The notes beneath the pieces were generated by a model that worked only from the letters and a program-made list of their open reading frames with translations, did no database searches and was not told the DNA's origin. From the NCBI GenBank assembly GCA_048940925.1, contig JBHLOC010000027.1:1-64000 (forward strand): DNA of 64,000 nucleotides, in the 5' to 3' direction. This DNA is from Promethearchaeota archaeon (GTDB lineage: Archaea; Asgardarchaeota; Lokiarchaeia; Sigyniarchaeales; SOKP01). Shown here in pieces: positions 61,262 to 64,000 of this stretch. The position numbers and the translations under genes are program-made. Each line of letters opens with the position of its first letter. Position 1 is the stretch's first letter.

Positions 61262-61592
61262 ATCATATTAGATACTAAAAATATAAGAAGTTAAAATCTT
61301 GATTCTAAAAAAGTAATATTCACCTTTTTTTTTATCAAAAATAGATCATCTCTACTTTTGTCTCCTAAATTAACTATATCATTCAAAAATTTTTTACATT
61401 TAACTACTAAAAAGAAGTCTCAAAATGATAAAAAATTTGCCATTTTTGCCACAAAAATATTTTCAAAAAATTTCTTAGAATATATTTGTATACAAATTTA
61501 GCATTGCAAAAATAAAAACGAAAGGGTTAAATAAGTAAAAATTAATTATTATTCAACCATAATACTTTACATAATTTAAAAAGAAAGCAAAA

Positions 61593-61850
61593 ATGTCAAC
61601 CATAGATGATAAAATAAATAAAAAAATTCACTTGGTTAAATATATTTTGAAAGATGTATATGAAATTTTAGCATTACTTCAACCATTATTTGACCGCATG
61701 CTTGAAATGGAAGAAAGCAAATATTATATAAAAAATGGTGTTTTTAATAAAGCAGCAACTTTATTTGGTGAAATTTCAATTTTATGCAAAGAAATAGAAG
61801 ATGATTCTCTTCCACTCAGTATTTTTCCAGAAGATTTCTCTTTTCAATAA
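61593..61850 (+). CDS. Hypothetical protein
   Basis: 85 aa ATG-started ORF. Confidence 0.5.
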   Translation: MSTIDDKINKKIHLVKYILKDVYEILALLQPLFDRMLEMEESKYYIKNGVFNKAATLFGEISILCKEIEDDSLPLSIFPEDFSFQ

Positions 61851-61861
61851 TAATTTAAAAG

Positions 61862-61932
61862 TGCGCCCGCCGGGAATTGAACCCGGGTCCTCGGAATGGG
61901 AATCCGAGATTCTACCCCTATACTACGAGCGC
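61862..61932 (-). tRNA. tRNA-Gly(CCC)
   Basis: GCGCTCG/CGGGCGC acceptor, TCGGA-TTCCCAT-TCCGA anticodon arm, CCGGG-TTCAATT-CCCGG T arm. Confidence 0.95.
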
Positions 61933-62318
61933 GCTAAAACTTACGAGATCTACTAGTTAATTACATATAAGTATAATTAGAATTATTACTTAAAATTTTT
62001 TGAATTATTTCCTATCATTTATTCATATCATAGTACAATATGTTATTTAATTAGAATTAAATCTATATAAGCTATGTTATTTATAACTCATGTGATATAG
62101 AAGTCCAATCCTGGAAATTGTTAAGACTTTTTCTTTATTGGAATATTTCTGATCAACTTTTATATTAAAGCTACTAAAATAATAAATTGAAAATTTTGTA
62201 AGTTTTTATACCTATATGTTTTTTTAAGCCTTACTTCTTTTCTTTATTATGATTTTGTTTCCGAATAGATCCATACATTACTACTAAATTTCTTAATTCA
62301 TACTAAAAAGGTTTTGAA

Positions 62319-62969
62319 ATGGAAAATTCAACTAATATTGTAAGAAAATCATCGCAGCACATTTCTTTTGGGACATATGGATTACTGTCTATGCTATTTG
62401 GCGGTTTAGGCGATCTAATTGCCTATTTATTGTACCCTGGCTACGATTTTAGGCGAAGAGCAGTAAGTTCATTGTGTCTTGGACCCGGATGGCTATTTTT
62501 TCAAGTAGGAACAGTATTATCTGGTCTATTTGCACTTCTATTTTTAATAAACCTTGAAAAAACATTTAATGACAAGGAAATTAATGAGAGACTAAGAAAA
62601 TATGCTAAATTTTCAGGGACAATTTCGTGTATGAGTTTTATCATTTTAGGTGTTTTTTGTGGCTCAAATGTCATTATAGCATATATCCATGGTATTAATG
62701 CAGTGATTAGTTGGATCACTGGTTTGGGTTATATTACCCTTTTTAATATTTTATTCTTGAAATCCCCAAAATATTCAAAATTTGTAGCATATGGTGGATT
62801 TATTGTTACTTTAACTATGTCACTATTGTTAATTACTTTTCTTTTGTCTCTGTCATCCACTTTTAGATTTCTGATTAAGATATTAGCAGAACTCGAATGG
62901 TTGAATACAATAGCATTAATATTTTGGTATTTTCTCGTATCAACTTATATTATTTATAAAGCGATTTAA
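62319..62969 (+). CDS. DUF998/Frag1-like membrane protein
   Basis: YPGYD...VSSL, G.F...H, EW motifs; about 5-6 TM segments. Confidence 0.65.
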   Translation: MENSTNIVRKSSQHISFGTYGLLSMLFGGLGDLIAYLLYPGYDFRRRAVSSLCLGPGWLFFQVGTVLSGLFALLFLINLEKTFNDKEINERLRKYAKFSGTISCMSFIILGVFCGSNVIIAYIHGINAVISWITGLGYITLFNILFLKSPKYSKFVAYGGFIVTLTMSLLLITFLLSLSSTFRFLIKILAELEWLNTIALIFWYFLVSTYIIYKAI

Positions 62970-63055
62970 TATTATAATTCAGTTCTACTTATCCTATAAT
63001 ATTTTATATCTCAATACAATAATTTTTATAAAGTATAAAAAGTAGACAAAATATT

Positions 63056-63742
63056 ATGGTAAAAATAAATGAATTCTTTGATAAACTATTTGATTTCTTA
63101 CCCGGATATATTTATGGTTTGTTATGTTTTATAATAGGATTAACAGGAGATCTGTTAGCGCTTATAATATCTGGACTAGCTGGTGATTATGTAATGTGGG
63201 AGAAATCTATAAGTATTTTAGGACATAGATCGGGAGGAATATTTTTAAGAGGAGGATTAATTATTTCTTATTTATTTTCGATTCCTTTTATAGTATATAT
63301 AGGCAGAATCGTCAAACATGAAGATGTTAATGAAGATTTAAGAAGGCTTGCTGTCACAACAGGTATTATTTCATCAATAACTGCTATACTTACAGGTACT
63401 TTTTCAGGTGTTAATGAATTTATTAGCATGCTTCATGGTTTCTTTGCTCTCTTCAGCTGGATGGGGGGAGCAATCTTTTGTGCACTTTTTAGTATAGTTA
63501 TGTTAAAAAACCCTAATTTTTCAAAACGGGTGTCAGTTATAGGATTTATTGTAGCAGGGATCTTTTTTACTTATTTAATTCCATTTTTTATCACAAATTT
63601 TTGTAATTACTATACTAATATATGCTATTCTTTTGGTAGAAAAGTCTACATAATAATGCCTACGTACGAGTGGATAGTAATTTTTTCTATATCATTTTGG
63701 TATTTATTTTATGCCAGCTATTTACGATATAAAAAAATTTAA
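63056..63742 (+). CDS. DUF998/Frag1-like membrane protein (paralog)
   Basis: SISILG, G.F...LH, YEW; same layout as the preceding gene. Confidence 0.65.
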   Translation: MVKINEFFDKLFDFLPGYIYGLLCFIIGLTGDLLALIISGLAGDYVMWEKSISILGHRSGGIFLRGGLIISYLFSIPFIVYIGRIVKHEDVNEDLRRLAVTTGIISSITAILTGTFSGVNEFISMLHGFFALFSWMGGAIFCALFSIVMLKNPNFSKRVSVIGFIVAGIFFTYLIPFFITNFCNYYTNICYSFGRKVYIIMPTYEWIVIFSISFWYLFYASYLRYKKI

Positions 63743-63792
63743 TTTAAAGTTTATAAATAAAATTTATCAAATTGCTATGAGTTGTAAATATC

Positions 63793-64000
63793 ATGGTAGA
63801 AATAAAGTATGAAAAAGAAATTAAAATCAAAGAAAAAGATGCATTAATAATTGTTGATATGCAAAATGATTTTATACCTGGAGGTTCGTTGGCCGTAGAA
63901 GAAGGAGATTTAATAATTAATGATATTAATGATACTGCAGAAAAATTTAAAAAGGCTAGTGCGAAAATTGTTTTTACACAAGACTGGCATCCACAAAATC
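63793..64000 (+). CDS. pncA: Nicotinamidase/isochorismatase family protein (truncated by window end)
   Basis: ALIIVDMQNDFIPGGSLAV...FTQDWHP. Confidence 0.88.
   Translation, partial: MVEIKYEKEIKIKEKDALIIVDMQNDFIPGGSLAVEEGDLIINDINDTAEKFKKASAKIVFTQDWHPQN

Noticed and set aside
44740-61932. che cluster as an island integrated at tRNA-Gly
   Set aside because: No integrase, no duplicated tRNA 3' end visible at the left boundary, and composition similar to the rest of the window
1237-62719. Numerous short ORFs antisense to or nested in long genes (e.g. 3105-3446, 3814-4251, 48578-49003, 60925-61266)
   Set aside because: They fully overlap well-supported genes and show no independent motifs
1-64000. 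CRISPR array, rRNA or transposase genes
   Set aside because: No regularly spaced repeats, long GC-rich RNA genes or transposase motifs were seen

Overview
AT-rich archaeal chromosome segment, most consistent with an Asgard archaeon of the Lokiarchaeia type. This is inferred from the roadblock, longin, gelsolin and Rab-like GTPase genes, a diphthamide-less EF-2 paralog, aCPSF1, BHB-intron tRNAs and GGTGA Shine-Dalgarno sites. The first ~44 kb is mixed housekeeping and accessory DNA: acyl-CoA enzymes, GT87 glycosyltransferases, hisA, purN, dGTPase, aCPSF1, LRR and surface proteins, several pseudogenes and a two-intron tRNA-Gln. The standout is a ~15.5 kb minus-strand chemosensory operon (44761-60233) with cheW, cheY, cheA, a cheW-cheC-cheC fusion, cheR, two cheB, cheD and cheC. 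It contains no chemoreceptor, cheF or archaellum gene. Instead it interleaves a gelsolin-domain protein, a roadblock-Rab-like GTPase fusion (Leu at the catalytic Gln position), a longin-like protein and a putative mu-homology-domain protein. This suggests a Che pathway wired to actin/small-GTPase machinery. Other notable items are two conserved genes that apparently start at ATA/ATT, a decayed intron-less tRNA-Gln copy, and a large Zn-finger/winged-helix/adaptin-ear-like protein. All family calls come from motif recognition by eye; no searches were run.
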